Source of the DNA: Myxococcales bacterium
GTDB taxonomy: Bacteria > Myxococcota_A > Polyangia > Polyangiales > DASUME01
Reading direction: 5' to 3'
Assembly (NCBI GenBank): GCA_047601445.1
Contig: JASGJH010000001.1
Coordinates: 6,176,001-6,240,000, forward strand
Length of the DNA: 64,000 nt
Position numbers and translations under genes: made by a program. Of the stretch, positions 31,364-39,666 are shown piece after piece. Under the pieces are notes generated by a model. That model was not told where the DNA came from, made no database searches, and saw only the letters and a program-made list of their open reading frames with translations. The first letter of the stretch is position 1; the number at the start of each line of letters is the position of its first letter.

Positions 31364-34300
31364 ATGCCTCTCTCTACGTTTCACCCAGCCGTGCAGCGTT
31401 GGTTCGAGGACACGCTCGGTGCACCCACGCATGCCCAACGCCAAGCCTGGCCCCTGATCCAGCGCGGTGAGCACACGCTCGTCGCCGCTCCCACGGGTTC
31501 TGGTAAGACCCTGGCCGCCTTCCTGGTGGCCCTCGACGGCTTGGTGCGCGAGGGCGCCGAGCACGGCACCCTGCCGGACGAGACGCGCGTGCTCTACGTG
31601 TCCCCGCTCAAGGCGCTCAGCCACGACGTCGAGAAGAACCTCAATGGCCCCCTGGCGGGCATCGCCGAGGAGTTTCGGCGCACGGGGGGCGCGCCATTTC
31701 ACATTCGCACCTGGGTCCGCACCGGGGACACCAGCGCGCGTTCACGGCTCGAGGCCACCAAGCGCCCGCCACACATCGCGGTCACCACGCCCGAGTCCCT
31801 GTACATCCTGCTCACGAGCGAAGGCGGGCGGCGCATGCTGTCCACGGTTCGTACCGTCATCGTCGACGAGATCCACGCCCTCGTGCGCGACAAGCGCGGC
31901 TCACACCTGGCCCTCAGCATCGCGCGGCTCGAAGCCCTGGTGCGCAGCCAGAACCCCGCAGCGCGCCTCACGCGCGTGGGCCTCTCCGCCACCCAGAAGC
32001 CCATCGAGGAGATCGCGCGCTATCTGGTGAGCGGAGCCACCAGCGAGGCGGGTGCGGGCGAGCCCCGGGAGCCCGCATGCAACATCGTCGACACCGGTCA
32101 TCGCAGGCAGCTCGACCTGGAGCTCGAGATGCCGGAGTCGCCGCTCGAGGCCGTGATGAGCGGCGAGGTGTGGGAGGAGATCTATCAACGTTTGACGGGG
32201 CTCATCGGTCAGCACCGCACCACGTTGGTGTTCGTGAACACGCGGCGTGTGGCGGAGCGCGTGGCGAAGCAGCTCAGCGAGCGTCTGGGAGAGGACAGGG
32301 TCTCGGCCCACCATGGCTCGCTCTCCCGCGAAAAGCGGCTCGATGCCGAGACGCGCCTCAAAGCTGGACAGCTCTCGGTGCTGGTGGCCACGGCCTCGCT
32401 CGAGTTGGGGATCGACGTGGGCGAGGTGGACTTGGTGTGCCAGCTCGGTTCGCCGCGCTCCATCGCCACCTTCTTGCAACGTGTGGGGCGCTCGGGCCAT
32501 CACCTGGCGGGCATCCCCAAGGGCAGATTGTTTCCGCTGAGCCGAGACGACCTGCTCGATTGCAGTGCGCTGCTCGAGAGCGTTCGCGTGGGCGAGCTCG
32601 ATCGTGTGCACATCCCGGAGGCGCCGCTCGATGTATTGGCGCAGCAGATCGTGGCCGCATCGGCCTGCGAGGAGCTCGGGCTCGACGAGCTCTATGCGCT
32701 TTGCCGCAGTGCCTATCCCTACCGTGAGCTCGCGCGGGCGGATTTCGACGCCGTGCTCGAGATGTTGGGGGAGGGCTTCGCCACGCAGCGCGGTCGACGC
32801 GGCGCGCTGGTTCACCTCGACGCGGTCCAGCGGCGGGTCAAGGGCAGGCGCGGCGCACGCTTGCTCGCCATCACCTCGGGCGGCGCCATTCCGGACACCT
32901 TCGACTACGAGGTGCAGCTGGAACCCGAGCAGGTGCGGGTCGGCACGGTGCACGAGGACTTCGCCATCGAGAGCATGCAGGGCGACGTTTTCCAGCTCGG
33001 CAACCACAGCTATCGCATTCGCAAGGTCGAGCCGGGGATCTTGCGCGTGGAGGATGCCAAAGGGCAGCCACCCTCGCTGCCGTTCTGGGTCGCCGAGGCG
33101 CCGGGGCGCACCACGGAGCTGTCCCAGTCGGTGTCACGGCTGCGCTCGCGCATGGACGGCTGGTTGAGCCAATCTAGCGAGCACGCTTTGCAGATGTTGC
33201 GTGAGCACTACCAGCTGGGCGAGCGTGCGGCTCGGGAGCTCACCGACTATCTCGCGGCGTCACGTGCGCTGTTGGGTAGTCTGCCTACGCGCGAGACGCT
33301 GGTGCTCGAGCGCTTCTTCGACGAGACCGGCTCCATGCACTTGGTGCTGCACTCGCCGTTCGGCTCACGCGTGAACCGGGCGTTCGGCCTGGCCCTGCGC
33401 AAGCGCTTCTGTCGCAGCTTCAACGTGGAACTGCAGGCCGCGGCCACCGACGACGCCATCGTGCTCTCGCTTGGACCCATGCACAGCTTCGAGCTCGGCG
33501 ACGTCTTCCACTTCGTGAAGCCACGCACGGCACGCGACGTGTTGATCCAGGCCATGCTCGACGCACCCATGTTCGGCACTCGCTTTCGCTGGAACGCCTC
33601 GCGTGCCCTGGCCATCCCGCGCTTCCGCGGCGGCAAGAAGGTGCCCCCGCGCTTTCAGCGCATGCTCGCCGACGACCTTCTCGCGTGTGCTTTCCCGGAT
33701 CAGGTCGCTTGCGCCGAGAACCTCACCGGCGAGCGCCAAATCCCCGAGCATCCGCTCGTGAAGCAGACCATCCACGACTGCTTGCACGAGGCCATGGACA
33801 TCGAGGGCATGCAGCGGCTGGTGGAGGACATTGCCCAGGGCAACGTGGTGTGTTTGGCGCGTGACGTCAGCGAGCCTTCGCCGCTGGCTCAGGAAGTCAT
33901 CAGCGCTCGGCCCTACGCCTTCCTGGACGACGCGCCGCTCGAGGAGCGCCGCACCCAGGCCGTGATGCAGCGTCGCTTCCTCGACCCCGAGACCGCCCAA
34001 AAGCTCGGTGCGCTCGACGCGGATGCCATCGCGCGTGTGGTCGCAGAGGCCCGCGTGGAAGCCCGGGATGCCGACGAGCTGCATGACGCCCTGCTCGTGC
34101 ACTGCGCCTTGCCGGCTAGCGAATTCCCGGAATATCGAGAGCTGTTCCAGGCACTGCACGAGAAGCGCCGGGCCTTTGCGGTGCCGCATGGTGGCCGGCT
34201 GTTGTGGGTCGCGGCAGAGCGCCTGCGCTGGCTCGCTCAAGTGTCGCCCGACGCTGTGCCCGATCTTTCCGACGCGACCTTCGGGGGCAAGGTACCGGAG

Positions 34301-35680
34301 ACGCGTGAGGCAGCGTTGCGAGAGTTGGTGCGCGGACGCCTGGAGCTGGTGGGTCCCACCACTGCGGACGAGATGGCCGACGCGCTCGGTCTCTTGGTGC
34401 CCGACGTGGAGGCGGCGCTGCATGGGCTCGAGACCGAGGGCTTCGTACTGCGTGGTCGGTTCCGCCCGTCGAGCGAAGGGCAGCTGGCGCGTGGGCAGGA
34501 GTGGTGTGAGCGCAGGCTCTTGGCGCGCATTCACCGCGCCACGCTCGAGCGTTTGCGCGCGGAGATCGAGCCGGTGACGCCCGCGGTATTCATGCGTTTC
34601 CTGCTCGGGTGGCAACACCTCGGGAAGGGCAACGAGATGCAGGGCCTCGAGGGGCTCTATGCGGTCGTCGATCAGCTATCGGGCTTCGAGCTGGCGGCGG
34701 TGGCCTGGGAGCGCGACGTGCTGGCGGCGCGGGTGCGGCACTACGACCCGGGCCTGCTGGATGCCTTGAGCTTCACTGGGCGCGTTTCGTGGTCCCGCGT
34801 GCGGCTCACGGACAGCGGGCGTACGCCCATTCGCACCACGCCGATTGCGCTCTATCCACGTGAGCAGATGGAGCTGTTTCGCATCCAGGAGGGCACCGGC
34901 GAGCCAGCGCTCTCTTCGGAGGCGCAGCGTGTCCACGAGTTCTTGCGCGAGCGTGGCGCGAGCTTCTTCAACGACATCGCGCGCGGCAGCGGGCTGTTGA
35001 AGGCCCAGGTCGAATCGGCGCTGGCCGAGCTCGTCGCTTGCGGGCGCGTGAATTCCGATGGCTTCGCGGGGCTGCGTGGCTTGTTCTCCCAAAGCGCCGG
35101 CAGTCGCCATCCCTTGCGTCGGCGATCGCAGCAGCCGCTCGGAATGGAGGGGGCGGGGCGCTATGGACTCCTGGCGCTGCCGGCGCAACAACGGGACCCC
35201 GTGGAGCTCGCGCGCGCGCTGCTCAAGCGTTGGGGCGTGGTCTTTCGGCGCGTGCTCGATCGCGAGTCGGTGAAGATTGCGTGGGGAGAGTTGGTGCCGG
35301 TGTTGCGACGCATGGAAGCGCGTGGCGAGGTGCGGGGAGGTCGCTTCGTGTCCGGCTTCAGCGGCGAGCAGTATGCGTTGCCGGAGGCGGTGAGCGCTTT
35401 GCGCAAGCAGCGGCGAGATGCGCCTCAAGGGGAATTGATCTCGATCAGCGCGGCCGATCCGCTCAACCTGATCGGCCTCATCACGCCGGGACAGCGACTC
35501 GCTAGCCAGCCCAGGAACCGAGTCCTGTTCGAGGACGGGGTCCCGGTGGCGGCGCTCGACGCCGGCGAGGTGAAGTTCTTGCGGGAGACCGAGCCCGCCA
35601 AGCAATGGGCACTCGAGAGTGCCTTGGTGGCGCGCCGCGTCAGACCCGAGGTCAGGGCGTACCAGGGAAACGTCGGCTAG
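31364..35680 (+). CDS. lhr: Lhr-family ATP-dependent DEAD/H helicase
   Basis: APTGSGKT, SPLKAL, TTPES, DEIH, LSAT, HHGSL, LELGID, QRVGRSGH; C-terminal GEVRGGRFV...GEQYA. Confidence 0.93.
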   Translation: MPLSTFHPAVQRWFEDTLGAPTHAQRQAWPLIQRGEHTLVAAPTGSGKTLAAFLVALDGLVREGAEHGTLPDETRVLYVSPLKALSHDVEKNLNGPLAGIAEEFRRTGGAPFHIRTWVRTGDTSARSRLEATKRPPHIAVTTPESLYILLTSEGGRRMLSTVRTVIVDEIHALVRDKRGSHLALSIARLEALVRSQNPAARLTRVGLSATQKPIEEIARYLVSGATSEAGAGEPREPACNIVDTGHRRQLDLELEMPESPLEAVMSGEVWEEIYQRLTGLIGQHRTTLVFVNTRRVAERVAKQLSERLGEDRVSAHHGSLSREKRLDAETRLKAGQLSVLVATASLELGIDVGEVDLVCQLGSPRSIATFLQRVGRSGHHLAGIPKGRLFPLSRDDLLDCSALLESVRVGELDRVHIPEAPLDVLAQQIVAASACEELGLDELYALCRSAYPYRELARADFDAVLEMLGEGFATQRGRRGALVHLDAVQRRVKGRRGARLLAITSGGAIPDTFDYEVQLEPEQVRVGTVHEDFAIESMQGDVFQLGNHSYRIRKVEPGILRVEDAKGQPPSLPFWVAEAPGRTTELSQSVSRLRSRMDGWLSQSSEHALQMLREHYQLGERAARELTDYLAASRALLGSLPTRETLVLERFFDETGSMHLVLHSPFGSRVNRAFGLALRKRFCRSFNVELQAAATDDAIVLSLGPMHSFELGDVFHFVKPRTARDVLIQAMLDAPMFGTRFRWNASRALAIPRFRGGKKVPPRFQRMLADDLLACAFPDQVACAENLTGERQIPEHPLVKQTIHDCLHEAMDIEGMQRLVEDIAQGNVVCLARDVSEPSPLAQEVISARPYAFLDDAPLEERRTQAVMQRRFLDPETAQKLGALDADAIARVVAEARVEARDADELHDALLVHCALPASEFPEYRELFQALHEKRRAFAVPHGGRLLWVAAERLRWLAQVSPDAVPDLSDATFGGKVPETREAALRELVRGRLELVGPTTADEMADALGLLVPDVEAALHGLETEGFVLRGRFRPSSEGQLARGQEWCERRLLARIHRATLERLRAEIEPVTPAVFMRFLLGWQHLGKGNEMQGLEGLYAVVDQLSGFELAAVAWERDVLAARVRHYDPGLLDALSFTGRVSWSRVRLTDSGRTPIRTTPIALYPREQMELFRIQEGTGEPALSSEAQRVHEFLRERGASFFNDIARGSGLLKAQVESALAELVACGRVNSDGFAGLRGLFSQSAGSRHPLRRRSQQPLGMEGAGRYGLLALPAQQRDPVELARALLKRWGVVFRRVLDRESVKIAWGELVPVLRRMEARGEVRGGRFVSGFSGEQYALPEAVSALRKQRRDAPQGELISISAADPLNLIGLITPGQRLASQPRNRVLFEDGVPVAALDAGEVKFLRETEPAKQWALESALVARRVRPEVRAYQGNVG

Positions 35681-35731
35681 TCCGCCAGGTTCGCGCGCGC
35701 TCAGGCCCCGCAGCCGAGCGACACCAACCTG

Positions 35732-35776
35732 GCGCGCGGGGCCCGTCTCAGCTTGCTGAGACAGGCACCCGCGCGC
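35732..35776. terminator. Long GC hairpin between lhr and a convergent small ORF
   Basis: GCGCGCGGG/CCCGCGCGC outer stem and GTCTCAGC/GCTGAGAC inner stem. Confidence 0.5.
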
Positions 35777-35920
35777 TCAACCCAACCACCGCCAACAACT
35801 CAACGCAGCCAACGTAAGAGCTGTCGCGTACACCAACCCGAGCAACCAGCGAGGTTGCTCAATAGATTCGCGTGCGCGCTCAGCAAGCAAAGCTTTGTCG
35901 TACCTCCACCCGCTCATCAT
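35777..35920 (-). CDS. Candidate 47-aa small membrane protein
   Basis: MMSGWRYDKALLAERARESIEQPRWLLGLVYATALTLAALSCWRWLG; AAGGGG RBS 7 nt upstream; hairpin directly after the stop. Confidence 0.45.
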   Translation of the reverse strand: MMSGWRYDKALLAERARESIEQPRWLLGLVYATALTLAALSCWRWLG

Positions 35921-36080
35921 TGCCGCACCCCTTACAAGGTGTATGGGGCCGGCCCAGGCCTTTTGTGACGAGCAGGTAAAAAAAGAGGGTGACGGGGCCG
36001 GACCCGGACAGGGACACGGGCGGGCACCGACGCGGTGGCGGAGGCCGAGGCGGTGGCCGTGGCCGTAGACCGTGGCTGCG

Positions 36081-36158
36081 GCTGGGGCCGAGGCGGCGAG
36101 CAGCTGGCCGGGGCCGAGGCGGCGAGCAGCTGGCTGGGGCCGAGGCGGCGAGCAGCTG
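36081..36158. repeat. 26-bp tandem repeat x3
   Basis: GCYGGGGCCGAGGCGGCGAGCAGCTG at 36081, 36107 and 36133. Confidence 0.92.
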
Positions 36159-36182
36159 GCCGCACGCCGCGAGCTGCTAGCG

Positions 36183-36231
36183 GATGGCAGATGGCGGATG
36201 GCCGATGGCGGATGGCCGATGGCCGATGGCC
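36183..36231. repeat. Heptamer repeat (GATGGCN) x7
   Basis: Read directly. Confidence 0.92.
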
Positions 36232-36245
36232 CCCCCCTCTTTCTC

Positions 36246-38558
36246 CTACCCAAGTGCCTCCCCAAGTACCCGAACAATCTCCTCAGCATCAGGGCGCAGA
36301 TGGGGGTCGAGTTCTAGGCAGGCGTCGATGCAACGGATGACGTCGCGCGGGATGCTCTGTACGACGGGGGCCATCGAGGGGGCTCGCTCGGGGACTTCGC
36401 CCGCGAGGACGGCGGCTGCGGCGGGGCGCAGCGAGGGGCGGCGCTTGGCCATGAGCTCCCAGGCGAGGACCCCCAGGCTGTACACGTCCGCCTTGGGGGA
36501 GGCCTTTACGCCGCGTCGTGCCAGCTCAGGGGCCATGTAAAGCGGCGTTCCGGCGACCTGTCCGCTGCGCGTGATGAGCCCGGTATCACCGCTCGAGGGG
36601 GCGGGCAGCATGCGCTTGCTGCCGGAGGGCGGTCGCACGCTCTGGGCCACGGTGTCGAGATCGGAGGTGGGCGGGAATGAGAGCGCCGTGTCGGAGCCAT
36701 CCCGGGAGCTCGCATACGGGGCGGGCGTGACTCCGCTGCGCTCGGCCGGCGTGTAGCGAGCGATGCCGAAGTCGGTGAGTTTGACGCGGACCTGCCGCGG
36801 GTCGTCGCCGTCCTGCACGAGGATGTTGGGCGGCTTCACGTCGCGGTGCACGATGCCGGCATGGTGCAGCACCGCCAGGCCGCTCGCGATCTGGTGCAAC
36901 ACCGTCATGGTCCACACGGGGTCGCCGAAGCGCTGCGAGAGATGGTGCAGGGGTTTTCCGTCCACCAGCTCCATCACCAGGAACAAGAAGCCCGAACTCG
37001 CCACGTCGACGTCGACGATCTTCACCACGTTCGGGTGCGAGAGCTGCGCCGCGATCTGCGCCTCGCGCGCCAGCAGCGCGAGGGCCTGTCCATGGGTCTC
37101 GCGGGCGAGCTTGAGCGCGAAGCGCTGGCCGTCCCCGATGCGCTCCACTTCGTACACCGCTCCCATGCCGCCCGATCCGCGGAGTGACACCACGCGATAG
37201 CGGCCCTGCACCACGTCTCCCGGCTGCAGCGCTTGAGCCGGATTGTCCGCCCGATCCCGCAGCGCGAGCGCCGCGTAGATTTGCTCCGAGCGCTCCGCGA
37301 TCTGGCGCCTGAGCTCGGTGTTGAGCTGCTCGACCTCGTGGCCCCGCGTCTCCAGCTGGTGCACGCGCTCCTCGAGCTCCGCGGCCAGGCGGTCGCTGCG
37401 GGTGAGCGAGCTCAAGTGGCGCTGGCTCAGCGTCAGCGAGAGGAAGAACGAGAAGATGGCCAGACCCGCGCAGGCCACGTGGGCGCCCCCGAATATCTCC
37501 CCGAAGCCGCCCCACATGGCCATGTCGCTCCAGGTGGTCAGCGCCAGTGCCAGCCAGCAGCCCACGAACCAGCGCGCGTCGTTGCGCCAGCGCGCGTCGA
37601 ACATCAAGCGATAGCCGAGGCGTACCTGGGCGATCACGCCGAGCGTCACCACGATGATGGTGGCCCCACCCGCGACCGCGGTGGACCAATATGGGTCAAA
37701 GCCCAGCAGGCACACCAGCACGGCTGCGAAGCACAGCGCATCCCAGCGCCGCGGGAAGCGTCCCCGCTCGAAGAAATCGCAGGCGAACCGCAGCGAGCTC
37801 CACACGGCGCAGACGAGGGATGCCGCGATCACCGGCACCTCGTAGCGCCCCAAGAGCCGCAGCCAGAGGCCATTCACGTAGGCCGGGTAGGTGGCCGCGA
37901 AGAGTGCCTGGAACCCAAGCCACAGGTACTCGCGGCGTCGACCCCCGATGAAGAAGATGGCTAGCGCCGAGATCCCGATTTGGATTAACCACGCGCTCGC
38001 CACCAGCGAGACCTTCTCGTTGAACAGGCGCGCAACGTTGGTGGTGGTGTCACTCTCGCCGGCGAGCACCAGGCGGGGGACCACGTCGAGCCAGGCGCTG
38101 TGGGTCCAGCGATGATGCACGAGCAGGCGCAGGTCCAACACGCCGTCCACGGTGGCCCGCGCCGGCACGCGATAGATCTGAGCCTGGATTGCCCGGTGGC
38201 CGTAGTTGGGGGTCGGTAGCGCGGAAATGGCGCGCGCCCCGTCGACCCACAGCTCCGTGTGCGCCCAGAAGTGGGGCAACACGAAGTCCAGGTCTCGTCC
38301 CTGCAGCGGAGCGGGCAGGCGATAGCGAGCCACGAGCTCGTAGGCGAGATCCCGATCGGGCACCATCCGGTTGAGGTGCGCAGGCAGCTTGATTGAGACG
38401 GGCTTGGCGCTGGCGTCGAGCGAAAGCTGCCAGTGATCGACCGCGTTCGGCGGACCCGCGCAGGCGGTGAGCGTGCAGAGGACGAACCACGCCAGGCCGA
38501 GCCAAAGCCAGCCGACGCGGTCTCTGCCGCCCACGGGCGCTGTCGAGTCACTTCGCAA
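36246..38558 (-). CDS. Membrane Ser/Thr protein kinase with extracellular beta-domain and multi-TM (7TM-like) region
   Basis: GSGGMGAVY, ALK, HRDVKPPN, DFG, GTPLYMAPE, DVYSLG; N-terminal TLTAC; about 7 hydrophobic helices; coiled coil. Confidence 0.9.
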   Translation of the reverse strand: MRSDSTAPVGGRDRVGWLWLGLAWFVLCTLTACAGPPNAVDHWQLSLDASAKPVSIKLPAHLNRMVPDRDLAYELVARYRLPAPLQGRDLDFVLPHFWAHTELWVDGARAISALPTPNYGHRAIQAQIYRVPARATVDGVLDLRLLVHHRWTHSAWLDVVPRLVLAGESDTTTNVARLFNEKVSLVASAWLIQIGISALAIFFIGGRRREYLWLGFQALFAATYPAYVNGLWLRLLGRYEVPVIAASLVCAVWSSLRFACDFFERGRFPRRWDALCFAAVLVCLLGFDPYWSTAVAGGATIIVVTLGVIAQVRLGYRLMFDARWRNDARWFVGCWLALALTTWSDMAMWGGFGEIFGGAHVACAGLAIFSFFLSLTLSQRHLSSLTRSDRLAAELEERVHQLETRGHEVEQLNTELRRQIAERSEQIYAALALRDRADNPAQALQPGDVVQGRYRVVSLRGSGGMGAVYEVERIGDGQRFALKLARETHGQALALLAREAQIAAQLSHPNVVKIVDVDVASSGFLFLVMELVDGKPLHHLSQRFGDPVWTMTVLHQIASGLAVLHHAGIVHRDVKPPNILVQDGDDPRQVRVKLTDFGIARYTPAERSGVTPAPYASSRDGSDTALSFPPTSDLDTVAQSVRPPSGSKRMLPAPSSGDTGLITRSGQVAGTPLYMAPELARRGVKASPKADVYSLGVLAWELMAKRRPSLRPAAAAVLAGEVPERAPSMAPVVQSIPRDVIRCIDACLELDPHLRPDAEEIVRVLGEALG

Positions 38559-38823
38559 AATCCTGGGTCAGCGCCTGTAGATGGGCCTCTGAGCCTCCTT
38601 CCGAAGTGTCGCCCAACGGGCGCCTCATCACAACCTTTGGACGGGGTTTGCGCGGGTGGCCCACAGGCGCGTACGAGGTGGGGAGCGCCTCACAGCGTTG
38701 GTGCTTGCCTGACCGGTTGGTCTAGCCCTGCGCGGTCGGCCGCGCGCGGGGGGTGGCGAGACTTTGGGGGCTTCAGCCTTACGACGCCTGCTGCGACGAC
38801 GTGATAGAGTCCCAAACGCCAAG

Positions 38824-39666
38824 GTGACCTTCTCATTTTTCAAGTACGAGGGTTTGGGTAACGACTTCCTGATCGCGGAGCAAGGACATGGCCCTGAGGT
38901 CACGCCCGAGCTCGCAGCTCAGCTGTGCGATCGCCATTTCGGAGTGGGCGGCGACGGCGTGCTCATGACGGGCTTCAAGCAGGGCTCCCCTTTCATGAAG
39001 GTGATCAATGCTGACGGCTCGGTGCCGGAGATGTGCGGCAACGGCTTGCGCTGCGTCGCGCTCTACCTGGTGCACCGCGGGCTGCTCAAGGAGCGGACCT
39101 TCACGGTGGAAACCGACGCCGGGCCCCACCCCGTGGCCGTGTTCCCCGAAGGGCGCGTGGGTCAGGTCCGGGTGTCCATGCGCCCCGCCTCGCTCGACTC
39201 CTCGGAGGTGCTCTCGGATGGACGCGGGGAGTTCCTGGACGCCTCCTTCCCGGTCGACGGTCGTGAGCTTCGCGTGAGCGCCGTTTCCATGGGCAACCCC
39301 CACGCGGTGATCTTCGACGAGATCGGCGACGACGCGCCCCACTTGGGCCCGCGCATCGAGAAGGACCCGCGCTTCCGCGCCGGGGCCAACGTGGGCTTCG
39401 CGCGCATGCGCGACCGCTCGACCATCGAGCTCAAGGTCTGGGAGCGAGGGGTGGGCTTCACCCTGGCTTGCGGGACCGGTGCTTGCGCCGCGGCGGTGGC
39501 AGCCGTGGAGACGGGCCGCGCGGATCGCGACTCCACGCTCACGGTACACCTGCCTGGTGGCCCGCTCTACATTCGCGTGGGCCAGCGCGGCGAGCGCATC
39601 GAGATGACGGGCCCTGCTCGCGAGGTGTTCTCGGGAGGCACGCTGTTGCACTCGGGGGATCGATGA
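38824..39666 (+). CDS. dapF: Diaminopimelate epimerase
   Basis: KYEGLGNDF, CDRHFGVGGDG, EMCGNG, SMGNPH, ERGVGFTLACGTG. Confidence 0.96.
   Translation: MTFSFFKYEGLGNDFLIAEQGHGPEVTPELAAQLCDRHFGVGGDGVLMTGFKQGSPFMKVINADGSVPEMCGNGLRCVALYLVHRGLLKERTFTVETDAGPHPVAVFPEGRVGQVRVSMRPASLDSSEVLSDGRGEFLDASFPVDGRELRVSAVSMGNPHAVIFDEIGDDAPHLGPRIEKDPRFRAGANVGFARMRDRSTIELKVWERGVGFTLACGTGACAAAVAAVETGRADRDSTLTVHLPGGPLYIRVGQRGERIEMTGPAREVFSGGTLLHSGDR

Noticed and set aside
31277..31702. N-terminal extension of the YggX ORF in the track
   Set aside because: It overlaps the lhr start on the opposite strand; family similarity begins at MARTVNC (31276).
36081..36158. 26-bp repeats as a CRISPR array
   Set aside because: The units are directly abutting with no spacers, and there are no cas genes in the window.
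35921..36340. ORFs reading through the repeat tract (MADGRW and AEAASSW repeats)
   Set aside because: These are translations of simple DNA repeats in several frames with no protein-like features.
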